64,000 nucleotides of DNA from an uncultured Chloroflexia bacterium (GCA_963813535.1 CAWEZH010000002.1:1248001-1312000); one strand, 5' to 3'. Numbered from the stretch's first letter, positions 1-9,233 are shown. The notes: generated by a model from the sequence alone, not told the origin. Numbers and translations: made by a program.

Positions 1-250
1 CGGGCCAGAACAACTTCCACGAGCCGCACCATTCCTCGCCGATCTCGGGACGACGACCCCAGAAATCGGCCGCCGCCTCATTGAAGAATGTGATGCGGCC
101 GTCGGCGTCGGTCGTGTACACGGCAACCCCGAGTGCCTCCAGGAACTGGCGGTAGCTCGGGCTGTCGATCGACGGCGCGTCGAACATGGGACCGAGCCTG
201 GGATCGGCATCGGCCGGCCGGACGGCGGTCGTCGCCGGTTCGGGGGTCAC
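1..250 (-). CDS. PAS-domain sensor protein, probably a histidine kinase; only the N-terminus is in the window
   Basis: Hand translation (absent from the ORF track): MFDAPSIDSPSYRQFLEALGVAVYTTDADGRITFFNEAAADFWGRRPEIGEEWCGSWKLFWP, a typical PAS start. ATG at 187, in-frame GTG at 250. Confidence 0.8.
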   Translation of the reverse strand, partial: MTPEPATTAVRPADADPRLGPMFDAPSIDSPSYRQFLEALGVAVYTTDADGRITFFNEAAADFWGRRPEIGEEWCGSWKLFWP

Positions 251-300
251 CCGCGGTGCATACCACACGCCCCCCGGCTGCGATAGCCCTGGCGACGCGT

Positions 301-317
301 TGCGATGCGCCTGCAAC
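301..317 (+). promoter_or_regulatory. 11-bp direct-repeat box TGCGAT-gcgcc-TGCAAC
   Basis: Matches the motif shared by other intergenic regions; lies between divergent genes. Confidence 0.5.
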
Positions 318-547
318 GTTAGCCCCCGAGAACCCGGCGTGCGCGAGTACTCCCTAGCCACGCCGCTCGCTGCCGGTTCCGGGGCGGCGCATCGTGCGGC
401 TGTTGCCACGCGGTTCGACACGTTCTCGATCGCGCGCCATGTGCATGCACCTCATGGCGTCATCGTCAGCGAGAGGCGGCTACAGGCCGTCGCCACATCG
501 CAACCCCCCGCGGCTTGCAGGGGGCTGGCGGACGACCGTCACGTACG

Positions 548-946
548 ATGCGTCGCGTGCTTCGGATCCTCGTCGCATCCGTCATGGCGCTCGTTGTCGC
601 GGGATGCGGTCTCTCGTCGGTCGTCGTCGACGATGGCGGACCGCCGGTGCCGCCCGGCCCACTCGGCCCGGTCGTGCAACCCGATGGCGGCGGTCCGCCG
701 GTCGAATGCCGAGGTGTCCCGCTCGAGGAATGCAAGGGATTCGGCAACATGGATGGCGCGGGCGACGTCGTCCGCTACATCGTCACCTGCACGTCGGTCT
801 GCACACCCCAGAAGGGCGACGTCCGTATCGACGCATTGCGATCGAATGGGAGGACCGAGCAGCTCGGCCAGGGCACCTGGGAAGGGGCCGAAGCTGCGCC
901 GGAGGTCCCGCCGGCACCCGGATCCAGTCCGCCGGGTCCCAGCTAG
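548..946 (+). CDS. Hypothetical lipoprotein
   Basis: MRRVLRILVASVMALVVAGC is a signal peptide with lipobox; Pro-rich, four further Cys. Confidence 0.65.
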   Translation: MRRVLRILVASVMALVVAGCGLSSVVVDDGGPPVPPGPLGPVVQPDGGGPPVECRGVPLEECKGFGNMDGAGDVVRYIVTCTSVCTPQKGDVRIDALRSNGRTEQLGQGTWEGAEAAPEVPPAPGSSPPGPS

Positions 947-1779
947 GGTGAGTGTCGGCCCTGCAGCTCGATGGCCGCATCGGAGAACGCCGGCCAGCGT
1001 TCGAGTGCCCATGGTCCGAACTCGCGGTCCGTCAGGCAGACGAGTGCCACGTCGAGGACGGGGTCGACCCAGATGAATGTCCCCGCCCCGCCGAAATGAC
1101 CGAAGGTCGCCGCTGAGTTTCGGTCGCCTGTCCAGTGGGGAACCTTGCTGTCACGGATCTCGAACCCGAGCCCCCAATCGAGCGGGTCGAACGGGCCGAC
1201 GCCCGGCAGGACGCCCTTCAGGCCCGGGAATGCGACCGCCTTCGCAGCACTCGACGTGCCGCGACCCACGAGCGTCGGCCGGAGCAGCTCCAGAGCGAGG
1301 ACAGCAGCATCGCCGATCGGTCCCTGCAGGCCCTGGGACGGTCGCTCGACGAGCTCCGTGGCGGCCATACCCAGCGGAGCCAGCACGCGGTCCGCCAGGG
1401 CGACCGCGAATGGGCGGCGGTCGCGCTCCTCGAGGAGCGCCCCGAGCGCGTCGAACCCCGCGTTGGAATAGATCCGACGGGTCCCTGGCCGGGCGAGGAT
1501 CGTCGTGCCATCGAACGGGAGACCTGAGGCATGCGCGAGCAGGTGCCGTACGGTCGATCCCGGCGGTCCGGCGGGCTCGTCGAGATCGATGGTCCCGTCA
1601 TCGACGGCCGTCAGGAGCGCCAACGCCGTCGCGAGCTTCGTGACGGATGCCCAGCGAAAGCCTCGATCGGCGTCGCCGTGCTGGGCGAGCACACCGCTCG
1701 GGCCAACGAGAGCAGCGGCAGCATGCTCGGCGTCCCAATGGTCGATCGCGGCCAGGGCAGCATCGAGGTGGGTCGTCAC
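943..1779 (-). CDS. Serine hydrolase, beta-lactamase family
   Basis: SxxK (WASVTK), LLAHASG, YSN and GHFG motifs. Confidence 0.9.
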   Translation of the reverse strand: MTTHLDAALAAIDHWDAEHAAAALVGPSGVLAQHGDADRGFRWASVTKLATALALLTAVDDGTIDLDEPAGPPGSTVRHLLAHASGLPFDGTTILARPGTRRIYSNAGFDALGALLEERDRRPFAVALADRVLAPLGMAATELVERPSQGLQGPIGDAAVLALELLRPTLVGRGTSSAAKAVAFPGLKGVLPGVGPFDPLDWGLGFEIRDSKVPHWTGDRNSAATFGHFGGAGTFIWVDPVLDVALVCLTDREFGPWALERWPAFSDAAIELQGRHSP

Positions 1780-1839
1780 GGCCCCGGGATGCTAGCCCAC
1801 CGTCATGGGATCGACGCACGCCGGGAATAGACTTCGGGC

Positions 1840-2517
1840 ATGCAGTTCTTCGCTTCCAAGCCCAAGTCCATCCCATCCCCCGACAAGGCGCTGCCCGGCC
1901 GGCCCGATCCGATCATGGAGCCCGGGGTCCACACGATCCTCGGGACGCCCCTTGCCGGACCCTGGCCCGAGGGCACCAAGACCGCCATCTTCGGTCTCGG
2001 CTGCTTCTGGGGTGACGAGAAGGACTTCTGGCAGCTCCCCGGCGTGGTCACCACGGCGGTGGGCTATGCCGGCGGTTCGACGCCGAACCCGACCTACCAG
2101 GAGACATGCACCGGTCAGACCGGCCACGCCGAGGTCGTCCTGGTCGCGTACGACCCGCAGCGGATCTCCTACGAACAGCTTCTCAAGACGTTCTGGGAGC
2201 ATCACGACCCGACGCAGGGCATGCGCCAGGGGAACGATGTCGGCACCCAGTACCGATCGATCATCCTCGTCGCGGACGACGAGCAGCGGGCAGCCGCCGA
2301 GGCATCCAAGGCGATGTACCAGGAGCAGCTGTCGAAGGCGGGCTACGGGGAGATCAAGACCGAGATCGTCGACGCCGCGTCGAACCCGTTCTACTACGCC
2401 GAGGACTACCACCAGCAGTACCTCGACAAGAACCCTCGCGGCTATTGCCCCAACCACTCGACCGGCGTCAAGCTGCCGGCCGACTTCGTCGTCACCCCGC
2501 TGCAGTACGTGGACTGA
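1840..2517 (+). CDS. msrA: Peptide-methionine (S)-S-oxide reductase MsrA
   Basis: [30 protein letters not shown] and GYC motifs. Confidence 0.97.
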   Translation: MQFFASKPKSIPSPDKALPGRPDPIMEPGVHTILGTPLAGPWPEGTKTAIFGLGCFWGDEKDFWQLPGVVTTAVGYAGGSTPNPTYQETCTGQTGHAEVVLVAYDPQRISYEQLLKTFWEHHDPTQGMRQGNDVGTQYRSIILVADDEQRAAAEASKAMYQEQLSKAGYGEIKTEIVDAASNPFYYAEDYHQQYLDKNPRGYCPNHSTGVKLPADFVVTPLQYVD

Positions 2518-2660
2518 CTCGCTGCGGGTCGGCCGCGCATGGCTAGCCCACTGGGAGGCGTCCTCAGACGATGAACGCCCTGACCGCCGTTGGCCCTGCT
2601 CCAGTAGGTCCTTGGCGGTCTTGTCGCGTTGTGGGCGGAACTGAATCCCTATTGTGTGCG

Positions 2661-2699
2661 AAATCATATATTGACAAATCATATACCGCCTCCCATCGT
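2661..2699 (+). promoter_or_regulatory. Sigma70-type promoter with tandem operator
   Basis: TTGACA at 2671 flanked by two exact AAATCATATA copies (2661, 2676); CATCGT lies 17 bp after the -35. Confidence 0.6.
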
Positions 2700-2737
2700 G
2701 TCCTCGACAGGGGTCGCATCAGCACGGAGGCACGGAC

Positions 2738-3013
2738 ATGCAGGACATCCTCATCCGGATCGAGACCGACGACTTCGGGGCCTGGGCGGAGCAGCACTAC
2801 CTCCACGCCGTCAACCGAGCAACCTACGGAATCGAGGACGGACCGGCCTATCGGGACATGGACAATCCCAACGCGGCCATGTTCCACATCAGGACCGAGG
2901 ACGTCGATCGGGCGATGGGATGGTTCCAGTCCGATACCTTCAGGGCCGCGACCAAGCTGGCGAAGGTCACGGGCAGGTCCTTCTACGACGCCCAGCCTCG
3001 CAGCCGAACCTGA
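2738..3013 (+). CDS. Small hypothetical protein, possibly a dimeric alpha-beta barrel
   Basis: GGAGG RBS; 91 aa; F..W..R..G..YRD..NPN pattern. Confidence 0.75.
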   Translation: MQDILIRIETDDFGAWAEQHYLHAVNRATYGIEDGPAYRDMDNPNAAMFHIRTEDVDRAMGWFQSDTFRAATKLAKVTGRSFYDAQPRSRT

Positions 3014-3043
3014 CGCAACCCGATCGCGGAAAGGGAGCGACTC

Positions 3044-3523
3044 CTGGTTACACGCCGCGTCGGAGACGACGAACGCCTTTCGGCCTGGCGGGATCTGCAG
3101 TGGGCGACGAGTCTGATCATGAGCCGCTTCGCCCACGACCTCGCCGAAGAGGGCCTGACGCTCGAGGAGTTTGACGTCGTGGTCCACTTGGCGTGGGCTC
3201 GAGACGGCGTGCTGCCGTTGCGTGCACTGGTCGCCTCCATCGTCACGGGCTACCAGTTGAGTCGAAGTGGGCTCACCCGCCTGCTCGACCGGATGGAACG
3301 AGACGGCCTCGTCGAACGAAGCCTGAGTCGTGATGATCGGCGACAGTTCGACGTCGCGATCACCGGCCACGGCCGAGAGGTCTTCGACCGGGTTTGGCCC
3401 GGCCATCTGCAAGGGATCCAGAGCTCCTTCTCGGAGCCACTGACCGACCACGACGTGACCGTCTTGAAGCGGGTCCTTGCCAAGCTGATCCGCGCCAACG
3501 AGGGGCCGAACGGCCGGCGATAG
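3044..3523 (+). CDS. MarR family regulator, probable CTG start
   Basis: wHTH motif LSRSGLTRLLDRMERDGLVER..DDRR. The N-terminal helix ERLSAWRDL lies upstream of ATG 3119; AAGGGAG precedes CTG 3044. Confidence 0.85.
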   Translation: MVTRRVGDDERLSAWRDLQWATSLIMSRFAHDLAEEGLTLEEFDVVVHLAWARDGVLPLRALVASIVTGYQLSRSGLTRLLDRMERDGLVERSLSRDDRRQFDVAITGHGREVFDRVWPGHLQGIQSSFSEPLTDHDVTVLKRVLAKLIRANEGPNGRR

Positions 3524-3535
3524 GCTGACCTGTTT

Positions 3536-3624
3536 GAGAATCCGCGGGGCTATTGCCCGAACCACGCTACCGGCGTGCAGCTCCCGGATGCCTTCGTCGT
3601 CACGCCGCTTCAGTACTGGACTGA
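3536..3624 (+). repeat. Orphan diverged copy of the msrA 3' end (copy 2)
   Basis: Encodes [27 protein letters not shown], then a 1-bp deletion; compare msrA 2428-2517, [29 protein letters not shown]. Confidence 0.92.
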
Positions 3625-3650
3625 CAGTAGGCGCAACTATCCGGTGCTCG

Positions 3651-3680
3651 AACGGCTACTGCCCCGAACCGCGCAACCGG
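3651..3680 (+). repeat. Short degenerate msrA tail fragment (copy 3)
   Basis: aacggctactgccccgaaccgcgcaaccgg reads N-G-Y-C-(extra c)-P-N-R-A-T-G. Confidence 0.7.
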
Positions 3681-3860
3681 AATGATCCTTCCATCCAACT
3701 TCAAGGTCTCAGGGCTTCAATACCTGCAATGACCTTAGAGGAGTTCCTGGGAACCGGCGGCGGGGCTCGTCCATGGTCGAAGTCCAAGCCCGGGCGGACT
3801 CCAAGCTGCGCGTTAAACTCCTGCGAAACTCAAGTGTTCATCTAGAGGGAGCCCGCGGGC

Positions 3861-4697
3861 GTGGATGCGGATCGTCATGCCGAGGAGAGCGGTTCCGATC
3901 CCGACGCGAACCCGAACGAGGCCATGTGGCGGGCGATCCTCGACGGCACGGATCCCGTATATGCGCGAACTCGGGGCCGGCTGAAGCACCTCCCGGGAAC
4001 GCCGCGTTGCAAGATGTGTGCCGCGCCTTTCGGGGGCCCTGCCGGCATCCTGATGCGGTGGCGGGGTCGAGCGCCGTGGCCGAAGAACCCCGACTACTGC
4101 GGTGCCTGCTTCCAGCTGCTTGATCGATACCACGGCGGCGCGGAGATTGAATTGTCCTTCCTGTTCGCCGACATCCGCGGCTCGACGACCTTGGCGGAGG
4201 GGATCTCGCCGACGGCGTTTCGAACGCTTCTCGACCGCTTCTACGACGTCGCCGCGCGCGTCCTCGTCGCCCATGACGGCATCGTCGACAAGTTCGTCGG
4301 CGACGAGGTCGTTGGAATCTTCATTCCGGCGCTCGCCCACGGCGAGCATCCCGCGCAGGCAATCGCTGCTGGGCGGGCGCTGCTCGACGCGACGGGCCAC
4401 GGGGAACCCGATGGGCCGTGGCTGCCAGTTGGAGTCGGCGTGGCTACCGGAACCGCGTTCGTCGGGTCGGTCGGAGAGACGCACACGGCGGCGATGACGG
4501 CCCTCGGCGACATCGTGAACGTCACCGCGCGGCTTGCATCCGCCGCCGGGCCTGGCGAAATCCTCGTCAACGACAGGGCGGCAGAACGGGCCGGCCTTGA
4601 GACACGATCACTCGAGCTGCGCCGGCTCGGACTCAAGGGAAAGACGCAGCTGACTACCGTCTACGTCGTTCATGCCGGACGCGGATCAACCCCCTGA
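3861..4697 (+). CDS. Class III adenylate/guanylate cyclase with Cys-rich N-terminus
   Basis: FADIRGST, DKFVGDEV and TALGDIVNVTARL catalytic motifs; CKMC...CGAC upstream. Confidence 0.9.
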   Translation: MDADRHAEESGSDPDANPNEAMWRAILDGTDPVYARTRGRLKHLPGTPRCKMCAAPFGGPAGILMRWRGRAPWPKNPDYCGACFQLLDRYHGGAEIELSFLFADIRGSTTLAEGISPTAFRTLLDRFYDVAARVLVAHDGIVDKFVGDEVVGIFIPALAHGEHPAQAIAAGRALLDATGHGEPDGPWLPVGVGVATGTAFVGSVGETHTAAMTALGDIVNVTARLASAAGPGEILVNDRAAERAGLETRSLELRRLGLKGKTQLTTVYVVHAGRGSTP

Positions 4698-4722
4698 TGC
4701 CGACAGTAGCTTGAGCGGTTTC

Positions 4723-4810
4723 AGAACCCCGCGGCTATTGCCCCAACCACTCGACCGGCGTGAAGCTGCCGGATGACTTCAAGGCGACCCCGCTTCAATA
4801 CGTGGAATAG
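4723..4810 (+). repeat. Orphan diverged copy of the msrA 3' end (copy 4)
   Basis: NP(1-bp deletion)[26 protein letters not shown] followed by a stop. Confidence 0.92.
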
Positions 4811-4839
4811 GCCTCGTCACCCAGACGCTCCGACATGAA

Positions 4840-4866
4840 GAGACCCGCCCACGATGGGCGGGTCTC
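4840..4866. terminator. Hairpin between convergent genes
   Basis: GAGACCCGCCCA-cga-TGGGCGGGTCTC, perfect 12-bp stem. Confidence 0.75.
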
Positions 4867-4922
4867 GCCTTATCTTCGGGCTCGGTCAGGTCCCTTGAGA
4901 GTCGTTCGACTCGTCTGCGCGA

Positions 4923-5801
4923 TCACGCCATCGCGCCGTCGGCGACCTGGCGACCGATCGACGGCTCCGACCCATACCCCAGCCGGCCACGGGTGGCGAC
5001 GAGGACCGCCGCCGCGAGGACCGCGAAGCCCGCGTAGACGACCACCGGGTCGACCGACGGCGCGAGCACCGGGATGAATGCCGAGCCCGTGGCGACGCCA
5101 AGGCCCGCGTGGTACAGCCCGACGATCGGCACGCTACGACCCGAGCGGTTGTAGATCCAGGTCAGCACCAGCCGCACCGAGATCGGCAGGACGAACAGCG
5201 CGACGAGGTAGAACGGCACCTGCTCGGCGGTCACACGGCCATCGGTGACGCCGCCCGCGATGAACACCAGCGGGACGTGGATGAGGGCCTGCAGCCAGGT
5301 CGTCACGACGCTGGCGGCGATCGGGCCCAAACGCGGCTGGAGCCGCTCGAGCACGAACCCCGTCCACGCGGTCTCTTCCCACCAGTTGACGAGCGCGAAG
5401 GCGACGACAGCGCCGAGCACGATCGTCACGATGACGGCCGGGTTCGAGGCGAGGGCCGAGATCGGCGAGAGCCCTGCGACAGCGACCGCGGCCACCAGAC
5501 CGGCAGCCGGGAGGAGCAGGACGGCGACCGCATACCACGCCGGGTTGACTCGGAAATGGAAGACGCGGCGACGAAAGGCACGGACGCCTTCACGGCCTTC
5601 GGCGAGGGCGGTCGCGATGAACGCGGCGCCGGCGAGCGAGATGGCCGATAGGAGGATGAATGGCGCGATGCCCGGCAGCTCGAGATCGATGATCCCGATG
5701 CCGTTCGTCGATGCCAGTGGCACCGCGAAGATGGCCGCGCTCGCCGCGTAGGCGATGGTCAGGAAGACGGCGAGTGGATGCCGTCGTGCGATCGATCGCA
5801 T
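4923..5801 (-). CDS. CPBP (CAAX-like) intramembrane metalloprotease
   Basis: Multi-TM; EE(TAW)xG, HVP, YNRSGRS..H motifs; RBS before MRSIARRHPL. Confidence 0.85.
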   Translation of the reverse strand: MRSIARRHPLAVFLTIAYAASAAIFAVPLASTNGIGIIDLELPGIAPFILLSAISLAGAAFIATALAEGREGVRAFRRRVFHFRVNPAWYAVAVLLLPAAGLVAAVAVAGLSPISALASNPAVIVTIVLGAVVAFALVNWWEETAWTGFVLERLQPRLGPIAASVVTTWLQALIHVPLVFIAGGVTDGRVTAEQVPFYLVALFVLPISVRLVLTWIYNRSGRSVPIVGLYHAGLGVATGSAFIPVLAPSVDPVVVYAGFAVLAAAVLVATRGRLGYGSEPSIGRQVADGAMA

Positions 5802-5944
5802 CTGGTGTGTCCCCTTTCGTGGGCTTCTGTGGAGCTGCGGATCAAGCGATCCGTGTGCTTCCCAGACTCGCCTCGCGGGGACGCCACGTCGTCGGTCCAC
5901 GGGCCCGAACGGACACGCGACGTTCGGCGCGACGGGACCGTCCG

Positions 5945-5964
5945 AGCGATACCCGGGTATCGCT
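5945..5964. promoter_or_regulatory. Perfect 20-bp palindrome, candidate site for the NarL-family regulator
   Basis: AGCGATACCC|GGGTATCGCT between the divergent CPBP and kinase genes. Confidence 0.55.
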
Positions 5965-6046
5965 GCGATCTCATCCCACAGGCGGACGCCGAACTCCTGC
6001 CCGAGCGCTACCGTTCGGCACTGGAACCAGCCCTACCGAGGTGTCG

Positions 6047-7240
6047 ATGCTCGACCGACAACCGTCACCGATCGATCGGATACGCCGTGCGCACACCGAG
6101 TCGCCGCGACCCATCGATGTGGCGGTCGCACTCGGCCTCGCCGCGCTGTCCTTTGCCTCGTTCGTCGCTGGCGCGACGACGATCGGCCCTCGCGATGGCA
6201 TCACGGTCGTGCTGCTGCTCCTCGAGAGCCTTCCGCTCATGGTCCGTCGGCGCTATCCCCTCGAGGTGTTCCTGGTCGTGGTCGCCGCCAGCATCGCCCA
6301 CATCGCGATCCTGCCGTCGGATCAGGAACTGCAGTCCGGGCTGGGCATCCTCGTCGCGATGTACACGATCGGAGAGCGGCTCGACCGTCAGGTATCGATC
6401 CCGCTAGCCGTCCTGGCGGGGACGATGATCGCCGTGCTCCTGATCGGCCGCGCCGGTATCCCGGAGGGGCTCCAGAGCCTGATCCAGACCGAGCTCGTCC
6501 TCGGCGTCGCCTGGCTGGTCGGTGACACCTCGCGGATCCGCCACCTGTACACGAAGGCACTCGAGGAACGGGCTCGAATGCTCGATCGCGAACGCGAGGA
6601 GCGCACCAGACGCGCAGTCCTCGAGGAACGTGAGCGCATCGCGCGCGAGCTCCACGACGTCGTCGCCCACCACGTCAGCGTCATGGTCATCCAGGCCGGC
6701 GGCGCGTCGAGCGCCATCGACAAGCGACCCGACCAGGCACGGACCGCGTTGACCGCCATCGCAACGGCCGGGCGTCAGGCGCTGACCGACATGCGCCGGC
6801 TCGTCATGATGCCGGGGACAGGCGAGGCCGTCGAACCCATGCCGGGTCTGGGCCAGCTCGAAATCCTCGTCGACGAGGTCCGCTCGGCGGGGCTGCCGGT
6901 CGAAGTCACCATCCAGGGCGACCCGCGAGTGCTCGACCCCGGGCTCGACCTCTCTGCCTACCGGATCATCCAGGAGGGCCTGACGAACTCGCTCAAGCAC
7001 GCCGCGGGCGGCACGGCCAGGGCGACCGTCAACTACGCCACGGACGCCATCGAGATCACCGTCGAGGATGAGCGTGGCAGCGACAGCACGCCGCACCTGG
7101 AGCCCGACCATGAAGGCCGAGGGCTGCTCGGGATGCGCGAACGTGTCGCGATGTTCCGGGGCACCTTGGATGCCCGTCCGACCCCCACCGGCTATCGCAT
7201 CTTCGCGCGCCTCCCCGCCGCGGACGGAGGTACGCCGTGA
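6047..7240 (+). CDS. Membrane sensor histidine kinase (HisKA_3)
   Basis: EERERIARELHDVVAH, YRIIQEGLTNSLKHA, GRGLLGMRER; TM N-terminus. Confidence 0.95.
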   Translation: MLDRQPSPIDRIRRAHTESPRPIDVAVALGLAALSFASFVAGATTIGPRDGITVVLLLLESLPLMVRRRYPLEVFLVVVAASIAHIAILPSDQELQSGLGILVAMYTIGERLDRQVSIPLAVLAGTMIAVLLIGRAGIPEGLQSLIQTELVLGVAWLVGDTSRIRHLYTKALEERARMLDREREERTRRAVLEERERIARELHDVVAHHVSVMVIQAGGASSAIDKRPDQARTALTAIATAGRQALTDMRRLVMMPGTGEAVEPMPGLGQLEILVDEVRSAGLPVEVTIQGDPRVLDPGLDLSAYRIIQEGLTNSLKHAAGGTARATVNYATDAIEITVEDERGSDSTPHLEPDHEGRGLLGMRERVAMFRGTLDARPTPTGYRIFARLPAADGGTP

Positions 7241-7908
7241 CCATCCGCGTCCTCCTCGTCGACGATCAAGCACTCGTCAGGACGGGCTTCCGGATGATCC
7301 TCGAGGACGAAGCCGACATCGACGTGGTCGGCGAAGCCGCGAACGGGCGCGAGGCCGTCGAGGCGAGCGCGCGCCTTCGCCCGGACGTCATCGTCATGGA
7401 TATCCGCATGCCGGTCATGGATGGCGTCGAGGCCACCCGCAGCTTAGCCGGCGACGAAGCGACGTCCGGGGCCCGCGTCCTCATCCTGACGACGTTCGAC
7501 GCCGACGAGCTCGTCGTCGAGGCATTGCGGGCCGGCGCCAGCGGTTTCCTCCTGAAGGACGTGACACCGGAGGAATTCGTTCGCGCGATCCGCGTCGTCG
7601 CGACTGGCGAGGCGCTACTCGCCCCATCCGTGACGCGCCGCCTCATCGCCCGCTTCGCGCGCCTTCCGGTCCCTGCCGACGAGGTCCACGCGGACGCCTT
7701 GCGCGAGCTGACCGATCGCGAGAGGGAGGTGCTCAAGCTCGTGGCGCTCGGCCTCTCGAACCGGGAGATCGCCGGGCACCTCACGCTGGCCGAACCCACC
7801 GTGAAGACGCACGTCTCGCACCTTCTGCTCAAGCTCGACCTGCGAGATCGGGCGCAGCTGGTGGCATTGGCCTACGAGACCGGCGTCGTCCGTCCCGGCT
7901 CGGGCTAG
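7237..7908 (+). CDS. NarL/LuxR family response regulator
   Basis: REC domain (LVDD, MDIRMP, LLK) plus LTDREREVL..SNREIA HTH; GTGA overlap with the kinase. Confidence 0.95.
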   Translation: MTIRVLLVDDQALVRTGFRMILEDEADIDVVGEAANGREAVEASARLRPDVIVMDIRMPVMDGVEATRSLAGDEATSGARVLILTTFDADELVVEALRAGASGFLLKDVTPEEFVRAIRVVATGEALLAPSVTRRLIARFARLPVPADEVHADALRELTDREREVLKLVALGLSNREIAGHLTLAEPTVKTHVSHLLLKLDLRDRAQLVALAYETGVVRPGSG

Positions 7909-7958
7909 GGGCCCTCGCTCGGCCGGCCACTCGGCGCGCCGCCGGTTCGCATGCGACG

Positions 7959-8192
7959 ATGGCGTCCACCATGACCGGAAAGCATTCGCGCGAGCTGGGC
8001 CCGAAGATCGCCGCCGACTACCGGCTGCTCAACTACCTGCGGGGACGGTCGACGTCGTCGGTCGATGCGATCGAGCCCGGGAGCACTCGGATCGACGTCG
8101 AAGGTGGGGTCCTCGCGAGTCGCTGCGAGGAGGACCACGACGAGGTCCTCGAGTGCTGGTACTTCTACCGACGCTCGGGGAAGCCGAACTAG
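7959..8192 (+). CDS. Small hypothetical protein
   Basis: 77-aa ORF filling an otherwise empty gap; no recognisable motif. Confidence 0.35.
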   Translation: MASTMTGKHSRELGPKIAADYRLLNYLRGRSTSSVDAIEPGSTRIDVEGGVLASRCEEDHDEVLECWYFYRRSGKPN

Positions 8193-8249
8193 GTCCACCT
8201 TGGCTCGGCCGCGTGCGTCACGGGCGGGTCGGTCGGTCATGATGCATGT

Positions 8250-9233
8250 ATGGGCGACGGTGGGCCGGAGGTCATCACCCTTGGCGAGTGCCTTGCCTCG
8301 CTCCTGGCCTCCACGCCCGGATCGCTGGCCGAGGCGACCTCGTTCGAGCGCCATGTCGCCGGAGCCGAAGCGAACGTCGCGGTCGGGCTCGCGCGGCTCG
8401 GACATACGGTGGGGTTCATCGGCCGCGTGGGTGACGATGGCTTCGGGACGGCGATCGTACGCAAGCTCCGCGGCGAGGGCGTCGATGTGGCCCATCTGGT
8501 CGTCGACCCGGCTGCGACCGGCGTCATGTTCCGCGAGCGCCGGCTCCTCGGGACGAGCGCGGTCGTGTATCACCGCGCGGGTTCCGCCGGGTCTCGGCTG
8601 GCCGTCGATGACGTCGAACGAGCGGCGAATGACGGCGCGTTCGAGGCCGCCAGGTGGCTCCATCTCACGGGCATCACGCCAGCCCTGTCGGCCACGGCTC
8701 GAGCGGCAACGTTTCGGGCACGCGAGCTGGCGCGGGCAGCGGGCCTCACGATCAGCCTCGATATCAACCTGCGGCGCCGCCTCTGGTCGGACGAAGAGGC
8801 CGCGTCGGTCCTGCGCGAGCTGGCGGCAGGCGTGGACGTCGTCCTCGGCGGCGATGAGGAGCTCGCAGTCCTGACAGGCCTGGATCCCGCTGCGGCGGCT
8901 GAGGAGTCGGTCGCGGCGGTCACCCGACTCGGGCCGTCGATCGCCATCGCCAAGCTCGGAGCCGAAGGTGCCCTCGCGCTCGAGACCGGCGCGACGCCCA
9001 TCCTCGAACCGGCGATCATGGTCGGGACGGTGGTCGACCCTGTCGGGGCCGGCGATGCCTTCTGCGCCGGCTTCATCGCAGGCCGCCTCGATGGCACGGA
9101 CCTGCCCACGGCCGTCCGGATGGGCAACGCCTGCGGCGCACTCGCCGTCGCCGCCAGCGGCGATCAGGCGGGCTTGCCCGACCGAGCCGAGTTGGCGCGG
9201 CTCCTCGGCGGAGGACCGGACACGCTGCGCTGA
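8250..9233 (+). CDS. PfkB family sugar kinase (KDG-kinase-like)
   Basis: GAEANVAVGLARLG, DINLR, DPVGAGDAF. Confidence 0.92.
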   Translation: MGDGGPEVITLGECLASLLASTPGSLAEATSFERHVAGAEANVAVGLARLGHTVGFIGRVGDDGFGTAIVRKLRGEGVDVAHLVVDPAATGVMFRERRLLGTSAVVYHRAGSAGSRLAVDDVERAANDGAFEAARWLHLTGITPALSATARAATFRARELARAAGLTISLDINLRRRLWSDEEAASVLRELAAGVDVVLGGDEELAVLTGLDPAAAAEESVAAVTRLGPSIAIAKLGAEGALALETGATPILEPAIMVGTVVDPVGAGDAFCAGFIAGRLDGTDLPTAVRMGNACGALAVAASGDQAGLPDRAELARLLGGGPDTLR

